42,351 bases of DNA from a virus. Position 1 is the first letter of the stretch, and the number at the start of each line of letters is the position of its first letter. Positions 42,098-42,351 of this stretch are shown here, piece after piece. A program made the translations under genes and the position numbers. The stretch is taken from positions 1-42,351 of the IMG/VR virus record IMGVR_UViG_3300045988_041457; one strand, given 5' to 3'. Below the pieces are notes generated by a model that saw nothing but the letters and a program-made list of their open reading frames with translations, was not told the DNA's origin and searched no databases.

Positions 42098-42351
42098 ATG
42101 GATGAAATAATCACAACGCACAATCTCCCTGACGGATTGAGCCGAGGAATAATGATAGCCTTCCTGCTCTGCGTGCTCGTTTGTGCTGCGGCGCTGATTG
42201 ACATGTGGACCGGCATAGACGCGGCGAAGGCGAACAAGGAAAAGATTATGAGCCACGGACTTCGTAAGACTGTAAGGAAGATTATTGACTATCTGAGGAT
42301 AGTGTACTTCTTCCTGCTCATTGACATCTTGGGCGCTGTGTTTGCGTGGTA
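42098..42351 (+). CDS. Holin, 5' part (continues at nt 50 of the window through the circular junction)
   Basis: ATG 42098 lies 7 nt after GGAGG (42086-42090). The frame stays open to the window end and joins track ORF 27..251 in frame through the 49-bp duplicated end. Confidence 0.75.
   Translation, partial: MDEIITTHNLPDGLSRGIMIAFLLCVLVCAAALIDMWTGIDAAKANKEKIMSHGLRKTVRKIIDYLRIVYFFLLIDILGAVFAW
42303..42351. repeat. Terminal duplication (identical to 1-49)
   Basis: See the paired feature at 1-49. Confidence 0.95.

Overview
The window is a complete dsDNA tailed-phage genome assembled as a circle. Nt 1-49 are identical to nt 42303-42351, so the unit length is 42,302 bp, and the junction falls inside the holin gene. 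All credible genes are on the + strand. Minus-strand track ORFs look like shadow ORFs. Promoters match the Bacteroidota type (TTTG at -33, TAnnTTTG at -7), which suggests a Bacteroides- or Prevotella-like host. That host call is inference only.

Modules:
- Lysis: 42098 through the junction to 1873. It holds a holin, an M15 endolysin, an HExxH membrane protein and a membrane-anchored protein.
- Control region: 1963-2300.
- Early cassettes of small genes: 2301-5532.
- Recombination, replication and nucleotide metabolism: 5556-16888. Calls include a PD-(D/E)XK nuclease, an orphan DNA methyltransferase, an initiator with an internal ori-like iteron set, a RuvC-like resolvase, dUTPase, tRNA-Gln(UUG), an SMC/Rad50-like ATPase, an HNH endonuclease, SSB and an ASCH protein.
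- Unknown middle genes: 16992-19455.
- A ParB-like protein, a GT-A glycosyltransferase-like protein and an MgsA_C-only protein: 19468-21447.
- Packaging (terS, terL): 21566-23708.
- Head: 23887-29354.
- Neck and tail, including a 1161-aa tape measure and an SGNH-esterase tail fibre: 29431-42015.

I saw no integrase, repressor-type lysogeny module, DNA polymerase, helicase, primase, CRISPR array or reverse transcriptase.

The most unusual signals are regulatory:
- An early promoter plus 5' leader is repeated five times, and its two small hairpins covary.
- A second composite motif has 10-bp-phased TAGNCGA boxes followed by an AAGATGATAAATTATAC core. It occurs five to six times in front of gene modules.
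- Lambda-like ori iterons lie inside the initiator gene.

All functional calls rest on motifs recognised by eye and on synteny. No database search was possible.
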